A DNA stretch of 64,000 nt from Tubulanus polymorphus (taxonomy: Eukaryota; Animalia; Nemertea). The stretch covers positions 7,048,778-7,112,777 of the forward strand of contig NC_134030.1 of assembly GCF_964204645.1 (NCBI RefSeq). The letters run 5' to 3'. Positions 1 through 13,300 of this stretch are shown here, piece by piece. Below the pieces are notes generated by a model. That model saw only the letters and a list, made by a program, of their open reading frames with translations. It ran no database searches and had not been told where the DNA came from. The translations under genes were made by a program, and so were the position numbers. Numbering within the stretch: position 1 is the stretch's first letter; every line of letters begins with the position of its first letter.

Positions 1-1385
1 ACCCGAGCAATACGGGTGTTAAATAGATACGCTAGCAAACCGGCATTCTCATAATGGTTAATTTTGAATGAGTGTGTAATGTCTTGTTTATTATTAGTTT
101 TCCCGATTACTTCCCTCAGGATTTTCTAGGTGTCTTTTATGTTGCCGTTTGCCATTTTTAAGGATTTTTGGTGGTGAAGTTTTTGGAAAGTCTAATGATT
201 GAGTTAAGTTTGTTTCTGTACGTTTTGAAGTTGTGTAGTTCGATAGCACGTAGGATTTCGGTATAGACTGGTTGCCTGAGACCGGTAACCAGTCTATCAG
301 GATTCTTGACGCAAGACTTTCAGGGTCGAGTCCCATATTTCAAACGTCACTTGTCAGTGACTGGATGCAGTAGAGAAAGAATGAATCACCGAACAAAATA
401 AATGATGGATGGTATCAGTGTAGGTATCATATTATCTCTTGAACATCAGCTTTTGTATGATATAGAAGAGTTGATCTATCTCCATGGTGCTATTTTTTAC
501 ATTTGAAACCATCGTACTTTCGTTCAAACTTGAACGATTGTTATTTTAGTTGTAGAGATTAGATGCTCAATTCAATAAACTTTATTTACGCATACTCTCA
601 GTTTAACAGGAAAATTTATGATGCTTTGTCATTAAGATAGCTACTCGTTTTTAATAAGAATTGATTTCTATTTGGACCTAGTTGGAAGAAGGGCAGCGCA
701 GCGGCAGGTAGGCCCTATAGGCCTATAGAGGTAGTAATTATCGGAGCTCCCCAAATGAGTCTAATAAGGCTTCTTCAACAAGTTCAAGAAGCGTGAACTT
801 TTTAGGACAATCCTTCTTCTTGAGCTTTCTCCATTCCAAATCCAATGAAATTATACTCTCCTGATGAGGGGCTTCGTGATTTCACTACACTTCAAACTAT
901 ATACTGGTACATATATAAGCTTCGACTAAAATTTGCTGCGTCTTTTGTTAGTTCGCAAAATCGACACTATATATACTTGGAAATTTCTGTTTGGATGCAT
1001 TTTTTCGAAGATTTCTGAAAGAATACAAATGGGATTTCCCGAATCTCGTAGAAATCAAATAGGCCCTAAGCAGGGTTTTAATTAGACCCCCTAGATCCGT
1101 TAGACCTAGTGGTTATGTAGGCCTACTTAATTTTGACAAAATGTTCTAGCATCATTTTTAGGTTATTCCGTTTTCTACCGTTGTAATTGATTTTTAACGA
1201 GGCCTATTTGAATTTCGGTGTTCGTTCATGTATGAGTTTTTCTCGCTATTTCAGCGTTAGATTTTTGTACGAGCGTTTCTATCGCCCTGGATTGAATCGA
1301 AACGAAAAGGCATACCCGGTAGATTTACAACGGTCTACAAACCTACACAGCCTATAGACGCACCTGTTCTAGCTAGGCTACAAAT

Positions 1386-4300
1386 ATGGCTCTCCATCGC
1401 GTAGACATATTGGACAATATTGTCGGAGTGAGTGATATGATATTACTGGATCCACTAACAGAGTTAGCGGTCATCGACAACTTGAAGAAACGATTCTACA
1501 GTGACCAAATTTATGTGAGTAGTTTGTGTCTATTTTCTCAAATTTTGTCGTTATGTCTGTGGTAACTAGCGTATATCTGAATCTGTTCAATTTCTTTTAT
1601 GATAGGCGTATAGAATAGACTGGTATATATTATTTCAAAATTCAATGCAGGGAAGGATTCAAAGCAAGATCTGAGGGTCTTACCTAATTAATGAGAAAAG
1701 TCAATCAGGAGAAATACCTTTTTTTCTTTGTTTAATAGAAAGTTGAATAAATGGAGCACCCAAGATTTTGAATAAGTCTCATAAAGCCCCTGGAAATGCC
1801 CATGCAATATAGGCCCTATCACAATGGTCATATTTTCTTAGAGGCTGTCGTCATATTTTCAGAAGACAAGCTAAACTAAAACAGTTAGAATGAGTTGCCA
1901 AGGTTTTTGTGAAATTATGGGTTATGCTATCTTAAGCAAATTTGTAGGCCTATATTATAATAATTCATCAGAATTGGATAAAGAAACACCAACATTTTTG
2001 TGCCAAGTGAAATTTGATTTTTCGTACAAGATATTTATGACTTTATTTATGACCCGGCCTCGGTATTGTATGATGAATGGCCTATGTATTGTATCAATGC
2101 AGTCCCACTTTCAGGTTCTAACTAGCTTCTGATATATTTTGAATTTTAGGCCCAGTTTTCTAGATTGGAATTAACTTAACCTGGGAGCTAACTCAATTGA
2201 AATTGAACTGAGTTACCAATCTATAAAACCGGTTCCTAGGTTATATCCCTACTACAAATCAGACTCGACTAATTCCGTACTGTCGTATTCATTTTTGTTT
2301 ATAACAATGGTCGAAATAGAAATAATAACGACCCTGTGTACCCTCTTTCAAACCGTGTTTATAGTTTATATCCGTTGATTATGATATTTGGTATTATGGG
2401 TGTGGTTGATGATTACTATGGTAACACTGCGATTGACTGTTGACAGATAGTTTATTGATGAGGGACTCATGACAGCATTACGTAGGCCTATCTAAAAAAA
2501 AACTTGGTGTGTTTACCAACCTGCCGGATGTTAAAAACAAATTGACCTTCTCATATAGTGTTCTGATAAATACATGTATGAAATATATCGACGTACTCTG
2601 GGCCTATGTATTGTATCAATGCAGTCCCACTTTCAGTGAATTAATAATTCCGCGATCAAAAGCAGAGATGACTTAACTATTATACGATGACTTATCCAAA
2701 TGATGGCTTAAATGCTTATAACATTGAATTGAAAATATAGAAATTCGTACTCATAATAGAGATTTTGTAACGACTGACAATAATTGATGAGGAAAACTGC
2801 CTGAAAATAATTCATGTGTAAACCTGTTGCCTTTCTAGTGGAAAAGTATATCTGCCAAACAAGAATTTCAGATGCATTTTCATATTTTAACAATTGAAAG
2901 CTGTTCAATGAGGTGATTGTGCAGGCTGAATTAAGTGGTGAATTTTGTTCTAGTTACCTATATTTGTATTTAGTTTTTTACTGTTGTTTCTTTGTTTATT
3001 TCAGACGTATATCGGGAATGTAGTCGTGTCACTGAATCCGTACAAGAAGTTGAATCTCTACACACCTGAACTCATAAACGAATATCGAGGGCGCAATATT
3101 TACGAGTTGCCTCCTCACATGTAAGTCATAGCATTATTCACATTCACAAAATTACTTTAATTTTGATACCAGTACAGATGCTCACTCTTTGTTTTAACTT
3201 ATAGTCCCAGCAGGGGTGGATTTAGGTGGACCCCTTCCCCTACTTTCTGCCGAGATAACATCATTACGTGGTAATTTCGTCTTAGAATCACTCTAGATAC
3301 TCAAAAAGTGATAGTTTTTTCCACTTTTCTCGGGAGGGCCCCACCTTCAAGGATTCCTTCCTACAGCACTCACTGTTCATGTACCTTGATCAGACCTAGG
3401 GTCCCTCTGTTCTATATTCCGGGATCCGCAAATGCCCAGCGAATAAGTCGATGCATTCGTTTTGTTTTTGTAGATATGCACTAGCCGACCAGGCGTATCG
3501 GTCAATGAGGGACCAAAATCTCGACCAGTGCGTGATCGTGACGGGCGAAAGTGGATCAGGTAAAACAGGTACGTGCGTCATGCAACTATGGTGTATAGGG
3601 ATTGTTAACCGAATTGTGAAGAGATTGATATCGTCAGCGGTAGGCCTAATAGGATAGGATAGGATAGGATTGTAAATTTCTATAGCGCCTTGTAAATAGC
3701 AGGGCTATTATCAAAGGCGCTCTCCAGACGAAGATGTTGACTTGAACAGAAATGTCTTGAGCTGTGCTTTGAATGCTGGCAGAGAGTCATTTCGGTATGT
3801 TTCTTTTTTGATACAGAGGCGAGTAAAATTATCATGCAATACGTGGCTGCTGTATCGGGAAAAGGGCAAGACATCGACAAAGTGAAAGAACAACTACTGC
3901 AATCGAATCCAGTTTTGGAAGGTCTGTTCTGTCTAATGATTCTAGCTGCTTCTGATCTCGAGAGTTCATCTCAAGTTTGTATACACGTATATTGTATCCT
4001 TTCATTTTCGTTGTAGCTTTCGGGAATGCGAAGACAAACAGGAATGACAACTCGTCCAGATTCGTGAGTAGACATATCGAATCTGTAGTCTTCGCTATAT
4101 CAGAATCAGTTATCTTAGAAAATGAATTTCCGAAATGTTATAAATTCACGTCTCGCTGATAGTACTAAAATAACTTCCGCAAAATGACGAAAGTCTTGAA
4201 ATTCTGGTGAACATTTCATATTAGTATGGGTCAAATTCTTTTGCAGGGTAAATACATGGATATCGAATTTGATTTCAAAGGTGATCCTATCGGTGGACTG

Positions 4301-7300
4301 ATCACGAATTGTAAGTATTTTTTTACCGAAGAGTTCGGGCTTCTCTTACGCAGGTGATAGCATGTGTCTGGAATTCGCCAAAACGAATCATTAAAACCGA
4401 AGATTTGCACATACAATACGTGTTGATAAAAATCAGGAAACTATTCTGCATGACTGTATAAGATACCCTGAAATTCACTACCTGTGAGATAGAGAGTGGT
4501 GTGGCACACAATACACAATTTTTGCTGATCATTATTAATCAAAGATGTATTAGGGTAGGGTATTATACCATTTGAGATTTATATTTAAAGACTTTTTATT
4601 GAAACGGCACCATTTTGGCAGTATTGGTGCTAAAAGCCGATGTCTGGTGTTGGCAGATGTGCGATACTGCAAAAAAAATTCAAAAAATACAAAGTTTCTT
4701 TCAATTAAGAGTCTTTGAATAAACTCAAACATTGACGGGCTTTCTTATCATTTATTGAAAAATCATTCCTTGTAGGGATTCAAACGTGATGACCTGAGGC
4801 TGAGATGTACTAGGGCTTTGTCACATGAAGCTGGGGGGTCCAAATCTTTAATTTACAACGATATTTCGGGTACCGGTACGACCTATATATAGGTGTTACT
4901 TGGATGCTGTTTGAATCAAAGATTAGGACCCCCATCTTTATGTGACAAGCCCCTTTGGTTAGAAAATGACTGAATTGGGGTACATCCCGATGCCTTCAGT
5001 TTGAATCTCTGCTTTGGGAGGAGGTCGTCAATATGATACGGATAGTAAAGTGTTTCATCTAGCCGGCGCTGTAGACAGATTATTTGATTGCACTGGATAT
5101 GCTCCATTCACGCTGTATTTCATTTCTCCTCTTCCTCTCAACCTCTGTATTGCGCAGAAGTACGGATACATGTAACTGTCTACTTTTAACTGCGATCTAC
5201 TTTAATCATCTTTTTGTCGCTCTCTATTGTCGTTATGAACAGATTTACTAGAGAAGGTATGTAGTAGGTTGGTTTGCATGCTGTGCTGCATGGTCTGTTT
5301 GATGACTAGTTTGCACTTTAATGACTAATCTCACTTGTGTTCTAATCCGAATGGATAAAGTAAGAACTATTTGCAGCTCAAATAGTCACTGAATACTTAG
5401 CAAGATCTGCATGACTCGTTAAAACTAACAAAATCGATTAAATTCTTTAAATCTTCTTTCTTGTCTTGAGTTCCAATTAGATGTACATTGTACGATAAAA
5501 TTCATTTCATCTCTTGAACATTGATTTTGTTAATTATTCGACTCCACGCAAAATCTATCGCAAACCGATTGTAAAAAATGATTTGTAGTGATTTTTTAAA
5601 TTATATTTGCATGAGTGTGGTTTGTTTCGTAACTCTGGTGTATCGATATTTCTGTGTGGGTGAAAATATCTGTTCGACCCGCATTGTGTTCATGTCTCGT
5701 GTCGTAGCTACTTGAGCTAATAAAATCATGAGATTTATACATACTTGAAAGTGTCCGGTTTGAATTGTACATCTAGTATACGTTTCATTACAAATGCTCA
5801 GAATCTTAGAACCACGTGTTTACAAACCTAGATATATCTGGATCAAAGATCATATATTGCATATGAAACAATTCGACTGGTTCTATTGGGGCATCCAGTC
5901 CTAAATAGATATTCTGAATTCCCACTTATGATTGATTTCATGTTCAAGTTAACTTCACCGTTTGTTCGATATATTGAATACGTCACGTCATGTTGAATAT
6001 ATAACTTCATATTGTATATAAGACATCGCATTTGCAGTATCTGCACAACAGTTATATAAATATCATATACGTATATATATCATGTATTACGCCTGTTGTC
6101 AACGTATCCTGCACAACATTGAATAATTATAATAGGGCTATGGTTATACTACATAAAAAACAGAGCCTTCATTCAAAGGACAAAGCAATGTCCCGATGAA
6201 TCGATCCCTCTGAGATGGCAGAAATCTCGCTTCACGTCGTTTGGATCTTGGTTTCTCAAGACTAACCCTATTGGGTTATTCATTTAACCTCACGGCAGGA
6301 CGGCCTTTGAAGTGTTGCCTGCACAATGTGTTAAGCGGCCAGCAGAACCCGCTTGTCACTCAGCACTGATTGTAAATGAAATAGCATTACACCTTATCCA
6401 ACTGAGCTACCGAGGCTGCTTGATATATAATTCGAGTCTGTAACTTCGAAGAAAAAATTTCCCAAAATTTTCATGGAGCAAAATCTGTCCATAAAACTAG
6501 CCCGTCTTTGGGGTAAGGTCCCTATCTCTTAATAATCAAGGCCAGGGGAAACATATCGATGTTAAGTCCATAAGATTGCGAGTAAAAAGGTTACTGTCTT
6601 TTTGGTGTATCCACGGGCATACCGGTATGTATATTCTCTATGATTGAACCTATTTCAAAGTTCATCATCTTTACTGTCATCGCTTATCAATTTCAGTCGA
6701 GGGTTGTTCATCAAAGCGAAGGTGAAAGAAGTTTTCACATATTCTACCAGTTGTTGAACGGCGCCGATCCGTCGCTGTTGGAGAAATTGAAATTACCAAA
6801 CGATTCCCTGAACAATCATCGTTACCTCGCCGGTAGCTGTCAGAACAACGGAATTAATGACAGCCATGATTTCCTCATCACTAAGGTATAGATATTTTGG
6901 ATTTCATGCTTCTATTCAATGAAGGCAGCTCAATGAAGGTGACTGGTTTTATCTTATCCTCCATTGTGGAAGCTTCTGACTTTGTTTTTCAAACTACTAA
7001 AGCGAGGCGCAAGGCCTGTACCAGTACTTACCACTTGTATTCATGGAAAACCAAAATCTTCACAAAGTTTTCCCTCCCATCAATCCATCCTCCCTTGGAG
7101 GTTCAATCTTCATGGCCTTGCAAAATTGCTACAGTACGAAACCCTGCACCAAATATTACCTAATTAATAGCAAACTAGAAATCATACATCAGTTTTTGCA
7201 GGGCTACGATTGATTACCTGCATTGGGAAATCAGGCCTACATATCATCATTCATTGATAGCATCATTTCCTAAATCGATTCCGCTATGGTTTGTTTGTTT

Positions 7301-10300
7301 CTGCATTGATTTAGAAAGCTATGGAGATAATCGGATTTTCCGAGGTGGAAATCATGGGCATTTTCACTCTGCTGGCAAGTATTCTGAAACTAGGAAATCT
7401 CGATTTCGAAGAGAAAGTCAACAAAGCTCATCACGGAATGGAAAGCTGTTCTATCATCAACCAGAAAGGTTTGTTTAAACGAAGTTTACTTAAAAAGGAT
7501 TTTTAGAAGTGCAGTTTTGCTATCGAATATATAATAGGCTTACTTATGACATTATCACTGACTTCTTATTGCTTGACGTTACTTGACGTATTTCAGAGCT
7601 TGATGACGTATGCGAACTGTTGAAAGCCGACGATCAGATATTGTACCAAGCTTTAACGAGGAAGTCAGTTGAAACAAATGACGATAAAGTCGAAGTTGAT
7701 CTGAATGCCTCGGATGTAAGTATATAGACATGTTTAGGATAAATTCATGAAGTAGTACTTATCAATTATTTATTGCCTTTTCAACTAAAACAGTTCCTTT
7801 TACAGTTTGTGATAAATGGGTGTTTATTTTGTTATCTTACTGCCTGTATCACTGGGTATTAACTTAGTTATCTTGATCAAGAATAATATGCAGAACCCCA
7901 TTTTGAGTGAAATTCGCGGCCATAGTTGAATGCGATCAATAAAATCCCATAGTTTTCGCTTTCTTGTATGAGAATTTTCTGATCGATGACACCCGTTTAG
8001 GTTCATGATCCTGTTTCAACAGTTGAATGGAGATTTCACTTGGAATTCAAAATATCATCACTGTAAATTTTCATATCATTGTCTTTCAGGGAAGTTATGC
8101 TCGCGATGCGTTGTGCAAGGCGCTGTATTCGCGTCTATTCTCTTGGATCGTCAACAAAATCAATGAGAGCATCCGAGTTAAAACAAAAGACAAGCGCAAA
8201 GTGATGGGCGTCCTCGATATCTACGGTTTCGAAATATTCGAAGTATGTTACCGTCGAATGCAGCATTTTACAGGATTGATGTTGATTACACTTCGGACCG
8301 GTTTATAGACGGTGCTATCTTAAACCCAGTGGCTAACTCGTTATCAATAAAGTTAACCCAAGGGTTAAAGTCAATGCCAGTCTATGAACTTGGGCCCAGT
8401 ATAGCAAAGTTTAAGTTATCAAAATCATACGGATTAAGCTAAATTTCTCTACTTAAATTTTCATAGAACACTGATAAGCATATATACTGTTTTAAACATA
8501 CTGTTTGTGAATTTTTTCAGCACAACAGCTTTGAACAGTTCATTATAAACTATTGTAATGAAAAGTTACAGCAAATATTCATCGAGTTGGTGCTGAAAGA
8601 AGAACAAGAAGAATATGTGAAAGAGGTAAGAGTGCGATACCCAAGTAGGAGTGAGTTTTTTTAGCCCAGTTTTTTTTAGCGTTAGCCCAGGTCAAATGTA
8701 ATGAGAGAGTGATGATATGAATCTACCCTTGCTCATGCGTCAATTGCAGGGTATCGAATGGGTGCACGTGGACTATTTCAACAACGCTGTTATTTGCGAT
8801 CTCATCGAGAAGGTAAGCGCAAATAAAATGATTCGATAATTGAAAAAAGAGCATGGTATTTTTATCGATATTTAAGTGTTCTTCGAGCATGGATGGATTC
8901 ATGAAATTATGTAACAACAACTGGCATCGTCTAACTCTGTAACACCTGACAATTGTATCTAGACACCGGCTACTAATTCATCGACACTGATAAGAAATAT
9001 TGAGAATGCTGACGGACTCTGCTTTCGAAATACTAAATCAGTGTTAATCGCCCGATTGTAAATTGTTTACTATCAGTCTTAAGCTTTTTCACTGTATGGA
9101 AAGCGATTGTGGTCGTGATTTATTCGTTCTGCCGGTCTGGTAGCTGCGTCGTGTGTAACTCATTTCACTTGTTCCGCCGTTCTGTTGTTAGTTTCTCACA
9201 CGAATGTCTTTTTCATTGTCTTAACATTCGCAGGGACCGTTTCAGAAAACTAGATGCGTTGTGGATGAAAATTTAAGTAAAGTAGGTAGAACTGATCATA
9301 CGTGGACATGACCCCTGCATATTCTAAATCTCTCATCAAATTGTTTAAGAAATAACGAATTTCATTCTGTATCGGCCCTCTAACCTCAATTCATCGGACC
9401 CCGAATAGTTGTAAGTCATTGAATTGTGTTTTATCACTGCTGCAGAAAAAAATCACTTCATAGGTTTTTGTGCTAATATCAACCCATCACCGCCATACTT
9501 TCTAAACAGCCTGTCCTGTGGCTCCTCACCAAATATCAAGAACTCAAATGCTTTAGATTTTATCCTGCGTTAATGAATTGTTTTCTATGAAATATTCAAA
9601 GACGATGAATAGATATTAACAACATATTTTGATTGGCTTGCGCATTGTTTTAAGGGCAAAAATCAGATTTGGTGGCTGCTGTATACAATGTTTACCTCAT
9701 TGCGCTGTAGTAGACTATAATAGATTGTGGTACTGTATGATTTTTGCAGCACCCCGTAGGAATATTGTGCATATTAGACGAGGAATGCATGCGGCCGGGT
9801 AAAGTTTGTGATATGACGTTCCTCGATAAGTTGAATCATCATTGCGAATTTCATCCGCATTACGAAAGCAGGAAATGTCGCAAGACCCAGTCGGACAAGT
9901 CCCTGCCGCACGATGCCTTCAGATTACAGCACTACGCCGGAGCTGTGAGTAAATACATTGTCATCACTGTGTGCGTTAAAAGGGGAGGATTTGCATCCGT
10001 TCCAATTATGATTATGTAGCTATAACAAAATAAAAACTTTTTTAGACAAGACAATGCCATTTGCTTCGCCTAGTAATTGATTTCTGTATTGAATATTCAT
10101 ATTGTAGGTAACCTATCACGCGTCGGGATTCATCGATAAAAACAATGATTTGCTGTTTAAAGATTTAAGCCGAGCCATGTACAGTTGTGATCATCCGTTG
10201 CTGAAATTTCTCTTTCCCGAAGGTACGTATGTGGCTGCAGGACTAAGCCAGTTCACCAAACGAACAAATCCATTCCTAGATGGTTATTGGCCAAAAACTG

Positions 10301-13300
10301 GTGATCTTTTTGCCTAAAGATATTGCCCAATACGTGGGCTACATGTATTTGTGAGTAGTTCTGATGTTACGGAAATGTTGTTATTGTAGGCCGAACGAAA
10401 GGTTTGCGAAAACGTCCGCCGACGTTAGCGCAGCAGTTGAAAGCATCAATCGATGAACTGATGTTGAATTTGTTCTCTAAGAACCCTAACTATATACGTT
10501 GTGTTAAGGTAAGTTGCGTATATAAAACCAGTCCGCGAAGAACAGTTCGCGTACAGAACTGTATAAATAAATACCTTGAAACTGTAATGTTTTTCAGCCG
10601 AATGAAAGTAAACGTGCCGGATTCGTAGAAGAGCCATTGCTTCGTCATCAAGTTCGATACTTAGGGTTGGTTACGCCCACAAATTATCAGTGATCCCAGA
10701 TTCAGTTCCATCGTTGCGGGTTAGGTTTGACTCAAATGTTTAACTCTTGGGCTCAGTTTAGTTGAGACTAGTTTTGACTTAATAAACTATAGGTGACAGG
10801 CCCCTCCACCTGGAATCTAGTTCCACAGTGAGTAAATCGATTGAAAATGAACTCATTTTAACTATGAGTTAACGCTAACTCACAACTGTTGAACCGGATC
10901 CAGGTTTTAAGTTTTAAGTTAAAACTGATGCCGAGTCAAATTTGACGCTAGAGCTATGGTGGAATTGGGTACAGAATGGCTTTGTTTACTAAATAAGATT
11001 TTCGTTCTTTATTTACTTATACAGACTAGTTGAGAATATCAGAGTTCGTCGTGCTGGTTATGCGTACCGACAAGATTACAATCAGTTCTTGTGTCGGTAT
11101 AAAATGTTAGCGCGCGCCACGTGGCCCAACTGGACATCGACAGCGAAAGACGGCGTCGGTGAAATCCTCAACTATCAAGGCATCAGTAAGGAGGATTATA
11201 CATTCGGACAAACGAAACTATTCATTCGAAACCCAAAAACGGTAAATCATTTTTGACGGAGTATTCTTGTTTTTTTGTCGTCGTTGTCGGGCACACACGC
11301 TTTGACCGGATTGTTCGTTCGTTGATTTACAGTTGTTTTCGTTGGAAGAAAAGCGACGAGAACGCATGCATTTCCTGGCGACCATATTGCAGAAAAACTG
11401 GCGGGGGTACGTCAACTGGAAACGCTATCAACACGTTCGAAAGTGCCAAATACTTATAGCTGCTGGTGTGAAAGGATGGATTGTAAGTAATCACTTCTTT
11501 CGCGCGGGTTAAACCTTCAGAAATTTGCGTAGCTAGTACATTATACTGAGAAATGCATACTTTAGGTACACTGAAGGATCTGTAGTACTCAAACATTGGT
11601 AATCGAATATTTAATGGGTGTCCTCGAGTATATATTTCTGTTTTTGATTTGTTTCAGGCTCGAACGAAATACAAAAACCAACGGAAAGCCGTGACGGTAG
11701 TTGCTTCGTGTTGTCGAGGATGGATGGTAAGAGTCTAGATAAATCTAAATGGATTCAGATATATTTAATTTGCTGACTTTGCATCCCTTTTAACTCCAAA
11801 AAGCTATTTCACAGTCTGTTCATGATGATCACGTTTGTTTATTTACTTTACAGGCTCGTAAGCTGTTGAAACAGTTACGATACGAGCGTCAGTGTCAGTG
11901 GGCGGCGGGTGTGATTAACCGTTTCTGTCGCGGCTGGCTTGTTCGACGATTGTACTCGAAATTTTTCCGCAAACACGCCGGTCCGATCATCGGACGATTC
12001 TTAGTGAATGCTATTGTAAGTACGGGCATACTTCAAGCTTTTTTCAGGCCCTGATATCTCGTTTAAGCTTATGACGTTTATGTTAACATGTTACAGTTCA
12101 TAAATTTGTCAGAAGAAAATTTTCAGTTTTGCTTGTTTCTACTGGAGGAGTTAGTGGGCAATCGCTTCTTTGTCTTTTAGAAAAAGAACTATCTGCTGAA
12201 ATTGCGGGATAATCTACCGAGCATGTCTCCATTGAGTAAATCATGGCCCATGCCTTCTCCGCGATTCCAGATCGTTTCTAATGAACTTCAAATTATCTAC
12301 CATCGCTGGCGGGTAAGTAATCTTAATTGTTTCATGTATTAGTTTTTGCATAATTTGGAAAGTCATAACTTTAACAATTTCTACTTACCTCGACTGTGAT
12401 TGCTACTATATCGTGCTGTCATTGTTTTATTTGTAGTGTGAAAAATATCGCGGTAAATTCGATCAAGGGCAACGATACGCGATGAGAGAGAAAGTGACCA
12501 CGAGTGATCTGTTCAAAAATAAGAAAGATGGCTACGCGGCAAGGTACAGTTTACACACAAACCCCCCATTTATTATGGAGGCAACAAAGAAAAAGCAGTA
12601 TGTATACATTTCTTTACCATTCCAGTGTTAGCCACGAGTTTAAAGGCGACTACATCAGAATTCGACAGCACTTGAAATGGCAGAAATTGTCCGAAAGTCT
12701 GGAGGGAAACTGTCACGTCGTCTTCGCGGATATTGTCAACAAAATTAATCGAAAAAATGCAAAGGTATTTTTCAAACCGTAGAAAAATAGTGATGTTGTA
12801 AAAATGTCGAAATTGTAAAGCATAGAGATAATCATTCTCACTAAATGTTTTGTGGTATTTTTGTATGGTATAGGTTGTGTCAAGATTAATGGTGCTAACA
12901 ACTACTACTCTACTGCTGGTCGAACAGAGAACAATGAATATTAAGTATAATATACCCGTTGAACAGATCGATAAACTATCGACGAGTCCTTACAACGATC
13001 GTTTATTGGTTATTCACATGAAAAAGGTGCCGTAAGCTACTTCTCACAAATTGTGCCATAATCACCGGTTTATCCTCGCATTTTGTAAATGTTGAATGTT
13101 TTGTTTCTGTTTTTATTTGCAGCCCGATCAGAATCAGAATGTACAATCGAGTAAGAAAGGCGACATATTCATGGACAGCGACCACGTGATGGAAATCGTT
13201 TCGAAAATCTATTTGACCGTGCAAAATATGGTTAACAAACCTCCCGAGGTTCAAATTGCGAGCAAGTAAGTTTTAAGATAGTATTCGAATGGGAAATACA

